A DNA stretch of 62,636 nucleotides, counting the filler. It is 10 parts of 10 records of this genome, joined end to end, with 100 filler letters (N's around TTAATTAATTAA, not from the genome) between each part and the next. Parts side by side here need not be neighbours in the genome. Positions count along the whole stretch, not along the records: positions 1 to 5,519 come from SRR31147125_95422; positions 5,620 to 10,999 come from SRR31147125_95507; 8 more parts are not named here. One strand, written 5' to 3'. The notes under the pieces were generated by a model, which saw only the letters and a program-made list of their open reading frames with translations, searched no databases and was not told the origin of the DNA. Below are positions 1-9,779 of the stretch, in pieces. A program made the position numbers and the translations under genes. How positions within the stretch are numbered: position 1 is the stretch's first letter; each line of letters opens with the position of its first letter.

Positions 1-400
1 CTCCGCTATCGCGCTCTAAAATGGCGAAAGCAAACATGCCGTTGAAATGCTCAACACACGATTCACCCCAGGCATGGTATGCCTTTAGAATAACCTCAGT
101 ATCTCCGGCTGAAAAGAATTGATACCCCTTGCCTTCCAGCTGCAGCCGCAGTTCGTGGCAATTATAAATTGCGCCGTTGAAGACAATGGTAAGCCCTAAC
201 TGGTTATCGACCATCGGTTGGTGTGCTCGTTCACTCAGGTCGATGATTTTTAAACGCCGGTGTCCCATCACAGTATTACCCTGCGCATGAAAACCATGGG
301 CGTCAGGTCCCCTGTGCCTTAGCTGTTCCGTCATCGATGCAGTTGGAATTATTGACGGGCTTTTCTCGCCAAATGTGACCTGTCCGCATAATCCGCACAT
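1..400 (-). CDS. Asparagine synthase-family glutamine amidotransferase, likely N-acetylglutaminylglutamine (NAGGN) amidotransferase; 3' part beyond the window
   Basis: Not in ORF track. Manual translation from ATG 400: MCGLCGQV...HRGPD...GHRRLKIIDLSE..HQPMVDNQLGLTIVFNGAIYN...DTEVILKAYHAWG...GMFAFAILERDSG. Ntn Cys2; RRLKIIDLS, VFNGxIYN and ERDSG fit the NAGGN subfamily as recalled. Confidence 0.8.
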   Translation of the reverse strand, partial: MCGLCGQVTFGEKSPSIIPTASMTEQLRHRGPDAHGFHAQGNTVMGHRRLKIIDLSERAHQPMVDNQLGLTIVFNGAIYNCHELRLQLEGKGYQFFSAGDTEVILKAYHAWGESCVEHFNGMFAFAILERDSG

Positions 401-592
401 GATTGGATCGCATCCTTTCCTGATCTCTTGGGTGCTACTATGAATGATGTTTTCCTTTGCTTTACCGTTATGACCAACTTTACCGGTCGGACCCGACAGG
501 AGATATAGGGTCTACCCTGTATATTGGCATGAATCGTTATGTAAAAACGATCGCAGTCAATATTCGAACAAGCGTTTGGAGGTCACCAGCAT

Positions 593-609
593 TGCTATAA
601 CAGTGCCAA
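593..609 (-). promoter_or_regulatory. Candidate sigma-54 (-24/-12) promoter facing the amidotransferase
   Basis: Minus strand TTGGCACTGTTATAGCA; GG-N10-GC spacing exact, one mismatch to TGGCAC-N5-TTGCA. Confidence 0.4.
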
Positions 610-717
610 CGTATGAGGCGCGATTCAAAAAACCTGATACATGTCCTAAGGTCATGAGTGTTGACTTAGTGAGGTTTGGTATCTAGCCTAAATAAAACTT
701 CAAGGAGATATATAGAT

Positions 718-1845
718 ATGATGCTGGACTACACTGTTTACAACAATCCCTTATCATCTTGGGCATTGGCCGCTGGGGTAACTATCGGTTTGTATATTCT
801 CGCTCGTCTCGCCAGAACAATTATTATCAGGCAACTTCGCAGATTCGTGTCAAAGGCAGACAACAGTTGGACGAACAATTCCGTGAAAGTAGTCGAACGT
901 ATCCATCCTGCTTTTCTGTTGATAGCATCTGCATTTTTCGGAAGCACCAGCCTTACCCTTTCTGAGACGGTTACTGCAATCCTCAGCAAAGCCCTTGTTA
1001 TCGGTGTATTGCTTCAAGTTGGGCGACTTCTGTCTCAAGTCATCGATTCCTTCATTGAGAACTATCGGACTGCTAAACTCGAAAAGAATCCCGCCGCCGT
1101 GACCATGCTGAGTTCTGTTTCTCTGCTATTGCGAATATTTTTATGGACGGTGCTGTTGTTTTTAGCGTTGGATAATTTCGGGGTGAACATCACCTCATTG
1201 GTAGCCGGACTGGGTGTGGGTGGTATTGCTATCGCGTTAGCCGTTCAAAACATCTTGGGAGATGTCTTTGCCTCTTTCTCCATCGTTCTCGACAAACCCT
1301 TTGTCATTGGTGATTTCATTATCGTCGGTGACCATTTGGGGACAGTCGAACATGTCGGCCTGAAAACCACCCGCATCCGCAGTCTATCCGGAGAACAATT
1401 GGTCTTTTCCAATGATGACCTTCTCCGCAGCCGCATCCGTAATTTTAAAAGAATGTATGAGCGGCGCGTGGTCTTTTCCATTGGCGTGGTGTATCAAACC
1501 CCTGTGGAAAAACTTGAAGCTATCCCCGGCGTGATCAAAGCGATTATAGAAAATCAGAACCAAGTGCGTTTTGACCGAGCTCATTTCAAAGAGTATGGCC
1601 CCTATTCACTCAATTTTGAAGTTGTGTATTGGGTTCTCAATCCTGATTACAATACCTACATGGATATTCAGCAAGCGATTAATCTTCAAATTTATAAACA
1701 CTTCAACCAGGAAAGCATCGAGTTTGCCTATCCGACGCAACTACTCTATTTAAAAGGGCCATCGGAAAATCACAATATTCCACTAAAGCGTCAAAACCAA
1801 CATAGAGAAAATGAAACGCTTGCCGAAGTCGGAGCGCCATCCTAA
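718..1845 (+). CDS. mscS: Small-conductance mechanosensitive channel (MscS family)
   Basis: GLGVGGIAIALAVQNILGDVFAS..LDKPFVIGDFI..GTVEHVGLKTTRIRSLSGEQ..AYP motifs; AAGGAG upstream of ATG 718. Confidence 0.92.
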   Translation: MMLDYTVYNNPLSSWALAAGVTIGLYILARLARTIIIRQLRRFVSKADNSWTNNSVKVVERIHPAFLLIASAFFGSTSLTLSETVTAILSKALVIGVLLQVGRLLSQVIDSFIENYRTAKLEKNPAAVTMLSSVSLLLRIFLWTVLLFLALDNFGVNITSLVAGLGVGGIAIALAVQNILGDVFASFSIVLDKPFVIGDFIIVGDHLGTVEHVGLKTTRIRSLSGEQLVFSNDDLLRSRIRNFKRMYERRVVFSIGVVYQTPVEKLEAIPGVIKAIIENQNQVRFDRAHFKEYGPYSLNFEVVYWVLNPDYNTYMDIQQAINLQIYKHFNQESIEFAYPTQLLYLKGPSENHNIPLKRQNQHRENETLAEVGAPS

Positions 1846-1875
1846 CATTTTTTTTCATTTAGTGGGTGACACATC

Positions 1876-2328
1876 ATGATCCAGAAACATACCATTGGCA
1901 TCATCGGCACCGGAAATGTCGGGATAGCTGCAGCATATGCCCTTTTTCTGAACAGAACTGCCGGAGAAATCATTCTGATCGATAAGGATAGCCGAAGGGC
2001 TGAAGGAGAGGCCATGGATTTGATGCATGGCCAGCCCTATGTGGGTCATATCTCTATACGTGCAGGTGATTACAGCGATTTAACCAGGGCTCAAGTCGTT
2101 GTGGTTTGCGCTGGGGTAAGCCAACGGATTGGAGAAAACCGCCTGGATCTGCTTAACCGTAACGCTGATGTGATGAGACAGATATCAGCACAACTGGATC
2201 GCTATGCACCGGAAGCTATCCTGCTTGTGGCCGGCAACCCGGTGGATATTCTCACTTATACGCTACAGCATCTGAGCAAGAGGCCGAATAATCGTGTGAT
2301 CGGAACGACAGTGACTGCAGGTGCTTAA
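1876..2328 (+). pseudogene. ldh: L-lactate dehydrogenase, N-terminal NAD-binding half only (truncated)
   Basis: IGIIGTGNVG, AEGEAMDLMHG, GENRLDLLNRN, NPVDILTY; similarity stops after RVIGT and no frame continues with LDTAR. Confidence 0.75.
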
Positions 2329-2767
2329 TGAATAAAGTTTAATATCCGACGCTGTCATATCTTCAACTCCTTTTGTCCGATTTTCATCCCTTCGATCGAG
2401 AAACACATAGCGATCGTTATTGCTACATTAATCACCTTGGGCTCAGTTTATCTATACATGAAACACCCCGTTTTGGCGCGATTGTGACTGCACGGGCAAA
2501 CAGGTGGTTTACGTTGAGATAGATGAAGGGACACCAAAGACAGGGGTGTTGATTTTCCCTTGGTTCAGTGCCACGCTCGGATTCTTTTTGAAAGATGAGT
2601 GAATTTTCGGCCAACATGCGCGCTGTCAGGATCACGTCATCATCGAGGAAGGCCATTTACCTTCTGTATTACGCGCAGATAAAGGATTTCCCTATTTTCA
2701 CGCCGGCCCAGCACAGGTAGGGTAGAGGAACATTTTATATGATTCATTTCAATTAAGGGGAGGTTCA

Positions 2768-3163
2768 ATGATTTTTATCGGCCATTTTTCTCTCGACGAA
2801 CAAGGTAAGGATGGCGAACCACGTCACGGTTATCTGACATGTCTGGTTGAGTCTGAAACTGCTGATATTGCCGTCGACAAATTCAAACTGCTATTAATGG
2901 ACATTCAGTCGAATGAAGAATCCGCGATCGGTTGGAAAGCGGCCTATATAGAGGATATTATTGAGATGCCCTCTATTCCTGCACACGCCATTATTACACG
3001 ATATCAATCTTCAGCCGGCGATTTTCCAAAATCCATCAGCCACACCCTTCCGCTTGCAGACGGCCCGGACCGTGTGGCCTATGGATTTAAAAAGGATATA
3101 GAGCGCTTGGCGCAAGACGATGAGAACCAATACTCTGAAATGACACCATTCATTGTTTTCTAA
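2768..3163 (+). CDS. Hypothetical protein (131 aa)
   Basis: Strong SD GGGAGG just upstream; clean acidic ORF. Confidence 0.75.
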   Translation: MIFIGHFSLDEQGKDGEPRHGYLTCLVESETADIAVDKFKLLLMDIQSNEESAIGWKAAYIEDIIEMPSIPAHAIITRYQSSAGDFPKSISHTLPLADGPDRVAYGFKKDIERLAQDDENQYSEMTPFIVF

Positions 3164-3238
3164 AGTCTGCCAACCTGCTTTTCCCATCATCCGGGTCAAC
3201 TTTGGTGCTGCAACAAATTTTTTACCCCAAGCATCGCC

Positions 3239-3892
3239 TCAAACGACTACGCCGCAGATGGCCTCCGCCGCTTTTTCAACGGAGAGTGTCCCGGTATTGA
3301 GAACCATATCGTAATTGGCCGTATCGCTGATATCACTATAGAAATACTTCCTGATAAAGGCCTGACGATTCGATTCTGTGTGCAGGACCCGCTTCTTGGC
3401 CTCACCCTTTGAGATACCGTGGGTTTCCGCCACGCAAATAATCCGCTTCTCCCTTGGGGCAATGATACGAACCCGAAAGCGGTTTTCCGGTGGGAGTACG
3501 AAGTTGGCGCCCCGGCCCACAATGATGGCTTTTCCGTGCCGGCCGATGGTGCCGATTACCCTCATCAGCATGCGGGAGAACTCGTCCGGCCACAGATGAC
3601 GATCGCTGATGGCGGCGGATACCCAATCTTCCAGCATGGAGAGACCTTTTTCATCCAGGGTGCGTATCACGCGGCCGCTGGTGTCCGCATTTTCAGCCAT
3701 CGCGTTGATCAACCCCTCATGAAACAGCTCCAGGCCCAGCTTTTCCGCCACCGCTTTGGCCACAAACCTACCACCGCTGCCGGGTTCTCTTGAGAGGGTG
3801 ATCACCGGGAGGGGCTTGATTTCTCGATCCTCTCTCCTTAATATTTCCCAGCGCCGCACTTGCTCTTCTACAATCTGATGTACTTTTTTCAT
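3239..3892 (-). CDS. Cytidylate kinase-like family protein
   Basis: VITLSREPGSGG P-loop-like motif, IIVGRGANFVL, YDMVLNT; AAGGAGG SD. Confidence 0.88.
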   Translation of the reverse strand: MKKVHQIVEEQVRRWEILRREDREIKPLPVITLSREPGSGGRFVAKAVAEKLGLELFHEGLINAMAENADTSGRVIRTLDEKGLSMLEDWVSAAISDRHLWPDEFSRMLMRVIGTIGRHGKAIIVGRGANFVLPPENRFRVRIIAPREKRIICVAETHGISKGEAKKRVLHTESNRQAFIRKYFYSDISDTANYDMVLNTGTLSVEKAAEAICGVVV

Positions 3893-4263
3893 GGCGCACC
3901 TCCTTAGATTATTGGGTTGTAACGCCGATCCATATTCTTGACGCAGAAAATCTACGGAGGATGAAAGTAGAGATAGACGTCGAGCCGGGAGGGGTGCGAA
4001 TTATCGTTCGTATTGGCTACGAACACGGCATGTGGAAGGAGGCCGAGTTCAGGCAGAGGTATGAACGTCGGTTGCCGCAGGATCTCCGAGCGAATCAAAT
4101 CTCATTTATAAAGTCTATTCAACAACCAGTATTCTGTCAAGCGACATGCCGCTCACGCCAGGGCAGGTTCATCATGGTAGGGGCAGGATGCATCGTGCCC
4201 CTGCGGGTTTTATTAATCCGACCAATAGAAAGGCCGACCTTCTTTATCCCGGATGGGATGAGC

Positions 4264-5043
4264 TCACGGTTTGCGCGCTGAGACCACCATACGATGGTTC
4301 ATGCACCCCACATCTGCATTGGAATTCATGGCGGAGGCATTGTTGTCGAGTTGTACATCCTCGAAACCCGCACGGTGAGTTAATGCAACGAGTTCGTCGG
4401 CGTCATATAGACGGATGGAGTAGCCTTTATCACGGATAATCCCCTTGTTTTTGCTCAACACCATCTCCCTGGCGCAAATAATGCCGTTTCTGACCTCCCG
4501 TTGCCGGCAAACGACAACATCTTCACCAATTTCGTGCCAGGCCTGGGGTGTGATCTTCGATTGAATACTTTCACCATCGGTGACGTCCACCAGCAACCGC
4601 CCCCGGGGTTTGAGGAGTCGCCTGCTTTCATTCAAAATTTGTAGATCGGCGTCGGGTTCTTGAATGTAGCCCAGTGAATTGCCCAGGATAAGGACGTGGT
4701 CGAAGGTGCCGGCCGTTATCGCTGTATGCCGGGCATCGCCCTGCACAAAGCGAATGGTATACCCTTTTTCGGCTGCTTCCCGTGCACCGATATCGAGCAG
4801 CGGCTGGGAGTAGTCCAACACCGTACAGTGTCGGAATCCGCGACGGCACATCTCCATGGCGTGGCGTCCATGCCCCCCGCATAGATCCAGGATATGCTCA
4901 TCGGCCTGCATGGGGAGCAGTGCTGTAAAGATGTCGATTTCCTGTCGGGTGATCCGCTCGTCATTCACGCTGCGGGCATCGGTCACCAGGTAGACTTCAT
5001 CGAAAAGGGTTTTCCACCAGTCGGGATCCACATCGATGGTCAT
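4264..5043 (-). CDS. Class I SAM-dependent methyltransferase
   Basis: Start MTIDVDPDWW at ATG 5043 (GGAGGAG SD, ATGA overlap with upstream gene); ILDLCGGHGRH, LDYS, VQGDAR, GNSLGY, LLKPRGRLLVD. Confidence 0.88.
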   Translation of the reverse strand: MTIDVDPDWWKTLFDEVYLVTDARSVNDERITRQEIDIFTALLPMQADEHILDLCGGHGRHAMEMCRRGFRHCTVLDYSQPLLDIGAREAAEKGYTIRFVQGDARHTAITAGTFDHVLILGNSLGYIQEPDADLQILNESRRLLKPRGRLLVDVTDGESIQSKITPQAWHEIGEDVVVCRQREVRNGIICAREMVLSKNKGIIRDKGYSIRLYDADELVALTHRAGFEDVQLDNNASAMNSNADVGCMNHRMVVSARKP

Positions 5044-5519
5044 CTCTCCTCCGTATCCGCGCCGAAGCCGAACAGGCCGTCGGCTGCAAAAATGGCCGGA
5101 CCGCCTCGCCAGGGTTGCAGGCGGGCGATTTCGAGTTCTTCTTCTTCGATATCGATGTAGTCGTCCAACTCTCCTGCATACCACATCTGCTCGAGCAATA
5201 TACTGTCCTTCCACATGGCCTGGCAGTAAATTTTCAAATCGGCCAGTTGCAGCGCCGTAATGATACGCGGCCGCATGGCGATCTTGATGGGCCCCAGAAG
5301 GTAGGTAAATTTCTCTTCCAAGGCCAGTCTGTCCCGCTCTTCTTCTATGGCCAGCAGATCGCCGTAATCGATCCGGGCAATGGTGTCGTTGATCCGCTCT
5401 ACGGCCTCACGCACGGTCATGGCGGATTGGAGGATGGCCAGCGGTTGAACGCCGCCGCCGCTGCCCACATTGGTGGGGACGTCCCCGAATCGGCATAAGA
5501 AACCGAAGAGCTGATCAGG
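5040..5519 (-). CDS. C-terminal part of a putative ATP-grasp (glutathione synthetase-like) ligase, 5' truncated by contig end
   Basis: Open to contig edge: PDQLFGFLCRFGDVPTNVGSGGGVQPL...MRPRIIT...QPWRGGPAIFAADGLF; N-x-x-x-GGG loop recalls ATP-grasp ligases. Confidence 0.5.
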   Translation of the reverse strand, partial: PDQLFGFLCRFGDVPTNVGSGGGVQPLAILQSAMTVREAVERINDTIARIDYGDLLAIEEERDRLALEEKFTYLLGPIKIAMRPRIITALQLADLKIYCQAMWKDSILLEQMWYAGELDDYIDIEEEELEIARLQPWRGGPAIFAADGLFGFGADTEER

Positions 5520-5619
5520 NNNNNNNNNNNNNNNNNNNNNNNNNNNNNNNNNNNNNNNNNNNNTTAATTAATTAANNNNNNNNNNNNNNNNNNNNNNNNN
5601 NNNNNNNNNNNNNNNNNNN
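5520..5619. other. Artificial contig spacer
   Basis: N44-TTAATTAATTAA-N44. Confidence 0.99.
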
Positions 5620-5669
5620 CTCCTCTTTTGTCATCTTTACCTGCTTTTCACTCATTTTCTATGCACCGA

Positions 5670-6074
5670 TTACAGCATTGGAATTGCTTTTTGAAGTTCA
5701 ACTCCTTTGGTTTTAGCAAGCTGTCTCCAACTTTGATTCAAGCTATCGAGGTGAGTAATAACTTCATCGATCGTTTCCAGATTAAGATCAGTGTTGGCTT
5801 CCATAATACGCTTAAGCATATACAAATACATAGACTCAAGACTCTTGGCAACCTCTCCGCCACGCTCTTTGTCTAATGATGAAAGAAGCTCAAAGATAAT
5901 GTCATATGCCTTCATAAGTTGCTTGCATTTCTGCTCAAACTCTTTTTGCTTGATATGTTCTTTGCCTTTTTTCAGAGCAACAATGGCACCATCATAAAGC
6001 ATTACAATTAGCTTGAGAGGGTCATTAGTACTTACTTCAACCTGTTTATACTGAGCTAATCGATTAGAAATCAT
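5670..6074 (-). CDS. fliS: Flagellar export chaperone FliS
   Basis: YKQVEVST.DPLKLIVMLYDGAI...LLSSLD.ERGGEVAKSLESMYLYM; downstream of fliD. Confidence 0.95.
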   Translation of the reverse strand: MISNRLAQYKQVEVSTNDPLKLIVMLYDGAIVALKKGKEHIKQKEFEQKCKQLMKAYDIIFELLSSLDKERGGEVAKSLESMYLYMLKRIMEANTDLNLETIDEVITHLDSLNQSWRQLAKTKGVELQKAIPML

Positions 6075-6101
6075 TTTATTGCTCCGATTTTAGAATAATC
6101 T

Positions 6102-9100
6102 TTATAATTGCTGTAGTTGAGCTCCCAACCAGTTTCCCTGATTCTGAAGCGAACCCATAATTTTTTCCATTGCGATAAATTGTCGCATCATTCTCTCTCG
6201 TTTGAGATCAAGACGAGCTTCAATTCTTTCAATCTGACCATTTAAGGAATCTACAGAATCCTCCAAACCATCGCGCTTGGTATCGATAAATCCTGTATAT
6301 GGATCAGAATAATCAAACAATGCCCGTTCCATAAGTTCCGAAAATCCCAAAGTAAAATCAATAGTACCAACATCACCTGGTGCTGTCGTTCCTGTGTATT
6401 TTACAACAAGGTCTTCAGTGTTCGGATTGTCTTCATCACCAGTCAATACCTGACCGGATCCGGTAGCTGTCTCTCCGTTTATTGTACCTGCAACATCAAG
6501 ACCGTAAAAATCACCATCGGTAATTCCCAAGTTATTGGAAGTTTGATCTATCTGAAAACCTTTGTCAGATCCAAAAACATCATGCGTAAGAACGAGACTG
6601 CCAGAACTTGCACTGGCACTTATTTGTATTGCGTTTCTTCCTGTTGTGGTTGTATCCAAAGTATCAAAACTTAGTGATCCGTCACCGGAGTATGATAAAC
6701 TCAAAGTTATCTCAGATGAACCGTTAGATTTGTCTGTAACAACCAGTTTTCCAGAACTATCCAATGTAACATCAACTTTATCACCAAATGATCCTTCGAT
6801 CTGATCCAGCAAATCACCTACAGTATCGGTTGTTTTATCGTTGATGGTAAAAGAACCTGTAATTGATTGTCCACTTCTCGATGTTGCTGCCCATGTGATA
6901 CTGTCTTCATCTTCGATATCATTGGAATCCGCTCCGGTCGTATCGATATTGGCGAAAGTAGTAGCGGTATTAATCGCTCCTCCACCTGCTCCGCTTAGAT
7001 TATTATGACCGGTTGCTTCTGTCAGTTCGTGGGTATAATCTCTCGATAATTCAGAGTTTATTGCGGAAGCGACATCATCTGCCGTCATTCCAGCCGTAAG
7101 GTTGATTATTGCCACCTGATCCGTAGCTTTATCGGTGATTGTCAAAGTTTCATCAGCATCAAGTCCATCAACATCATCAAGATCCGCTGTACCGGTTATT
7201 CCTGCCTGTGTTGCTGCCTGAGTAATATTAACCGCATAACTGCCAGCTTCCGTTTCTCTGCTTGAAGAAATAAACTGCAAGCTACTGGTCGAAGAAACAC
7301 CCTGAACCGAGAACAGTTTCACAACATCATTGAAATCGTTTTGCAAATTAGAAGTGAAGGTGCTTTTGGTGATGCTCAAGGTTCCATCTTCCTGGAGCTT
7401 GATTCCCGCTGCTGCCAAAGATTGCATGTTGGAGTTTGCATCCGGTACGGCACTGATAACCAGTGACATCAATCGACTGTTAATCGAAGTCAACGTTGTG
7501 TCACCAAATAAAGGGCCACCGGTTCTTTCGGACTCTTCATCGTATGACATCTGTCCCTGAATGAAGCCTACGGCAGCATTGTATTTTGTAACGAAAGAAT
7601 TTACGTCGTTGTATACAGAATCAGTATCACGTGACAGAGAAACTGAAATCGTTGTTCCTACTTCTGCTTTTTTGAGGTTTAAAGTCGTTCCGGCGACAAT
7701 ATCGTCTACCGTATTGGAAGTTCTTGTCTGTCTTGTTCCATCAACTACCAGAATTGAATCTTTACCTTCCTGGATTTGCATGGCACGACCCGAAGTTGAT
7801 TCAGACATAGTACCAAAATCAAGCGTTCCACCACTTTCATTATTGGCAACAAGTTTCACTGTAAGCTGACTGTCACCTGTAGTGTCATCAGTTACAGTGA
7901 TTTTGCCACTAGCATCTACAGATGCTGTTACCGACTTTCCACTCGCTGTGTATAAGCTTTCTATTTCAAGCAACAAATCTCCGACAGAATCTGTAAGCCT
8001 GTCGGTTATCGTGAAACTTCCTGATATTTCCGTTCCATCATTGCTAGTACCGCTGATGGTTATCGTGTCACCGTCTGATACGGTGTTGGCACCACTTCCG
8101 GTGTCAATCAAATCAAAGGTGGTGGCGGCTGTAATAGCCGCCGCCCCCGTTGTTTGCATAGCAGACGATTTGTGTACTTCCGCAATCGAACTGTGGTTCC
8201 CGGACAATACACCCATTGCCTGAAGAACATTGTTGTTATCGGTATAAGAAGTACCTATCAATTTTAACTGATAAGTCGTATTTCCATCATCATCGGTGTC
8301 GCTTTCGATGCTCGCGATATCCGTTCCGGCTTGAGTATTTATGCTATCTTTAATCTGCGTCAAACTTTGCGAGAGATCAATCGTGATTCCAGCATGTGAA
8401 CCGATTGTCACGGTTCCCGTGTGAGACGCCGACATATTTAGCACTGAAAACATTGCCGTATCGGATGAGGAGAACGAGTCGCTAAGCGAACCGTTTGAAG
8501 TAGCAGTTTTAATAGAAGCCGTTGAATCGCTAAAGCCAAGGGTCTCGACTATATTTGTTGTTGAAAGATCATGTATTTCGATACCGTTTGATCCGGTATC
8601 ACTCGATGTTAAAACGAGTCTATATGAATCTTCACCAACTGTCAGAATGGACGCTGACACGCCTGACGGATCTGAACCGGAGTTTGCTAAATTAATGTTA
8701 TCCCGCAAATCCGCCAGACTGTCAGTAGTTTCTAGAGTGATAGTTTGGCCACCAAGTCTAAACTCACCGGTCAACCCTAATGCATCACTTGTAGAAGAAT
8801 ACGTATTTGAACTGAGTTTTTCACTTTCTGCCAATTGCTGGATTTCAAGATTGAATCCACCAATTGAACTATTGGAACCTGTTGTAATGCTGAGCAATTC
8901 ATTCGCTTCCGTAGTGGAAGAAGATGAAATTGATGTATTGTATTGCTTGAATGTCGATTCATCACGCAAAGTTTCAACAACCGACTTTAGATCAGTAAGT
9001 TTGCTGTTTAGGTTTTGCCAAGCATTTTTCTTACTCTCCAAAGAATTTTGCTGAGTTTCGATTTTAGTAATAGATTGCCGATCAATATTGATCAACTGAT

Positions 9101-9164
9101 CTATCATTGACCTCCAATCAATCCCTGAAGAAAGACCGGATATCATTTGTGTTGACATTGACAT
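6102..9164 (-). CDS. fliD: Flagellar filament cap protein FliD, unusually long (~1020 aa)
   Basis: N-term ISGLSSGIDWRSMIDQL; core SNTVDDIVAGTTLNLK, FVTKYN, GPLFGDT; C-term RQFIAMEKIMGSLQNQGNWL. Start at ATG 9164 after GCGGAG. Confidence 0.93.
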   Translation of the reverse strand: MSMSTQMISGLSSGIDWRSMIDQLINIDRQSITKIETQQNSLESKKNAWQNLNSKLTDLKSVVETLRDESTFKQYNTSISSSSTTEANELLSITTGSNSSIGGFNLEIQQLAESEKLSSNTYSSTSDALGLTGEFRLGGQTITLETTDSLADLRDNINLANSGSDPSGVSASILTVGEDSYRLVLTSSDTGSNGIEIHDLSTTNIVETLGFSDSTASIKTATSNGSLSDSFSSSDTAMFSVLNMSASHTGTVTIGSHAGITIDLSQSLTQIKDSINTQAGTDIASIESDTDDDGNTTYQLKLIGTSYTDNNNVLQAMGVLSGNHSSIAEVHKSSAMQTTGAAAITAATTFDLIDTGSGANTVSDGDTITISGTSNDGTEISGSFTITDRLTDSVGDLLLEIESLYTASGKSVTASVDASGKITVTDDTTGDSQLTVKLVANNESGGTLDFGTMSESTSGRAMQIQEGKDSILVVDGTRQTRTSNTVDDIVAGTTLNLKKAEVGTTISVSLSRDTDSVYNDVNSFVTKYNAAVGFIQGQMSYDEESERTGGPLFGDTTLTSINSRLMSLVISAVPDANSNMQSLAAAGIKLQEDGTLSITKSTFTSNLQNDFNDVVKLFSVQGVSSTSSLQFISSSRETEAGSYAVNITQAATQAGITGTADLDDVDGLDADETLTITDKATDQVAIINLTAGMTADDVASAINSELSRDYTHELTEATGHNNLSGAGGGAINTATTFANIDTTGADSNDIEDEDSITWAATSRSGQSITGSFTINDKTTDTVGDLLDQIEGSFGDKVDVTLDSSGKLVVTDKSNGSSEITLSLSYSGDGSLSFDTLDTTTTGRNAIQISASASSGSLVLTHDVFGSDKGFQIDQTSNNLGITDGDFYGLDVAGTINGETATGSGQVLTGDEDNPNTEDLVVKYTGTTAPGDVGTIDFTLGFSELMERALFDYSDPYTGFIDTKRDGLEDSVDSLNGQIERIEARLDLKRERMMRQFIAMEKIMGSLQNQGNWLGAQLQQL

Positions 9165-9187
9165 AACAAGTCTCCGCACCAATAGAT

Positions 9188-9214
9188 ATGTCGCCAGGGG
9201 AACTTCATCCTCTA
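9188..9214 (-). promoter_or_regulatory. Candidate sigma-28 promoter for fliD
   Basis: TAGA-N15-GGCGACAT versus consensus TAAA-N15-GCCGATAA. Confidence 0.35.
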
Positions 9215-9243
9215 GCGGTTAAAAACTGTTAAATCTGGACGGT

Positions 9244-9663
9244 CTAACCTTTGTGATCGACTAGAAATCCAACAAGACCGTTCTTCTTCTGCATACCTTC
9301 GATCACTTCTTTTAACTTGGCGGAAAGTGACAGCAGTTCATCGGGTGGAAACTGACGAACGATTTCTCCTGTGTCATCCTCGATCAAACTGACAACAAGT
9401 TTATCAGCTGCTTCATCGATTTTGAGACTAAGAGAAATGTTAAGACCACTTAACCCCTCGTTTGCCGAATCAAGAGTATCCTGAATTTGCTTGTGAGTGG
9501 TTTCCTGGTTGCTTTCAGTAGTCTTTTCTTTCGCGGCAACCGGAGCTTTGTTCGTCTGTTCTTTACGATTGTCGCCCGATTTCTGAGTCTTCCTCACCGG
9601 GTCAACCGGTTGAGACATTTTACTCAACCGTTCTCCCACTACCAGTTTGGTTAACTCAATCAT
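9244..9663 (-). CDS. flaG: FlaG family protein
   Basis: LSLKIDEAADKLVVSLIEDDTGEIVRQFPPDELL...GFLVD; lies between fliC and fliD. Confidence 0.92.
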   Translation of the reverse strand: MIELTKLVVGERLSKMSQPVDPVRKTQKSGDNRKEQTNKAPVAAKEKTTESNQETTHKQIQDTLDSANEGLSGLNISLSLKIDEAADKLVVSLIEDDTGEIVRQFPPDELLSLSAKLKEVIEGMQKKNGLVGFLVDHKG

Positions 9664-9744
9664 AATGTTAGCCCATTCTTCCTAGGTGACTACTTAAGCT
9701 ATATAGCATTTTATCACCTTTCTATAGTCAGAGTCAATTGATAA

Positions 9745-9771
9745 TCAAGGGGCGGGCAAGCCGCCCCTTGA
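9745..9771 (-). terminator. Stem-loop after fliC
   Basis: TCAAGGGGCGG-GCAAG-CCGCCCCTTGA, perfect 11-bp stem. Confidence 0.65.
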
Positions 9772-9779
9772 AAAAATCA

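Noticed and set aside
3961-4439. Plus-strand ORFs 3961-4281 and 4146-4439
   Set aside because: No motifs, GGAGG abuts the ATG with no spacing, and they overlap the methyltransferase antisense.
5044-5214. 57-aa Arg-rich N-terminal extension of the methyltransferase
   Set aside because: Alternate frame of the upstream gene; SD and ATGA overlap mark 5043 as the start.
5564-5575. Recurring TTAATTAATTAA as a biological repeat
   Set aside because: Always centred in a 100-bp N block; assembly linker.
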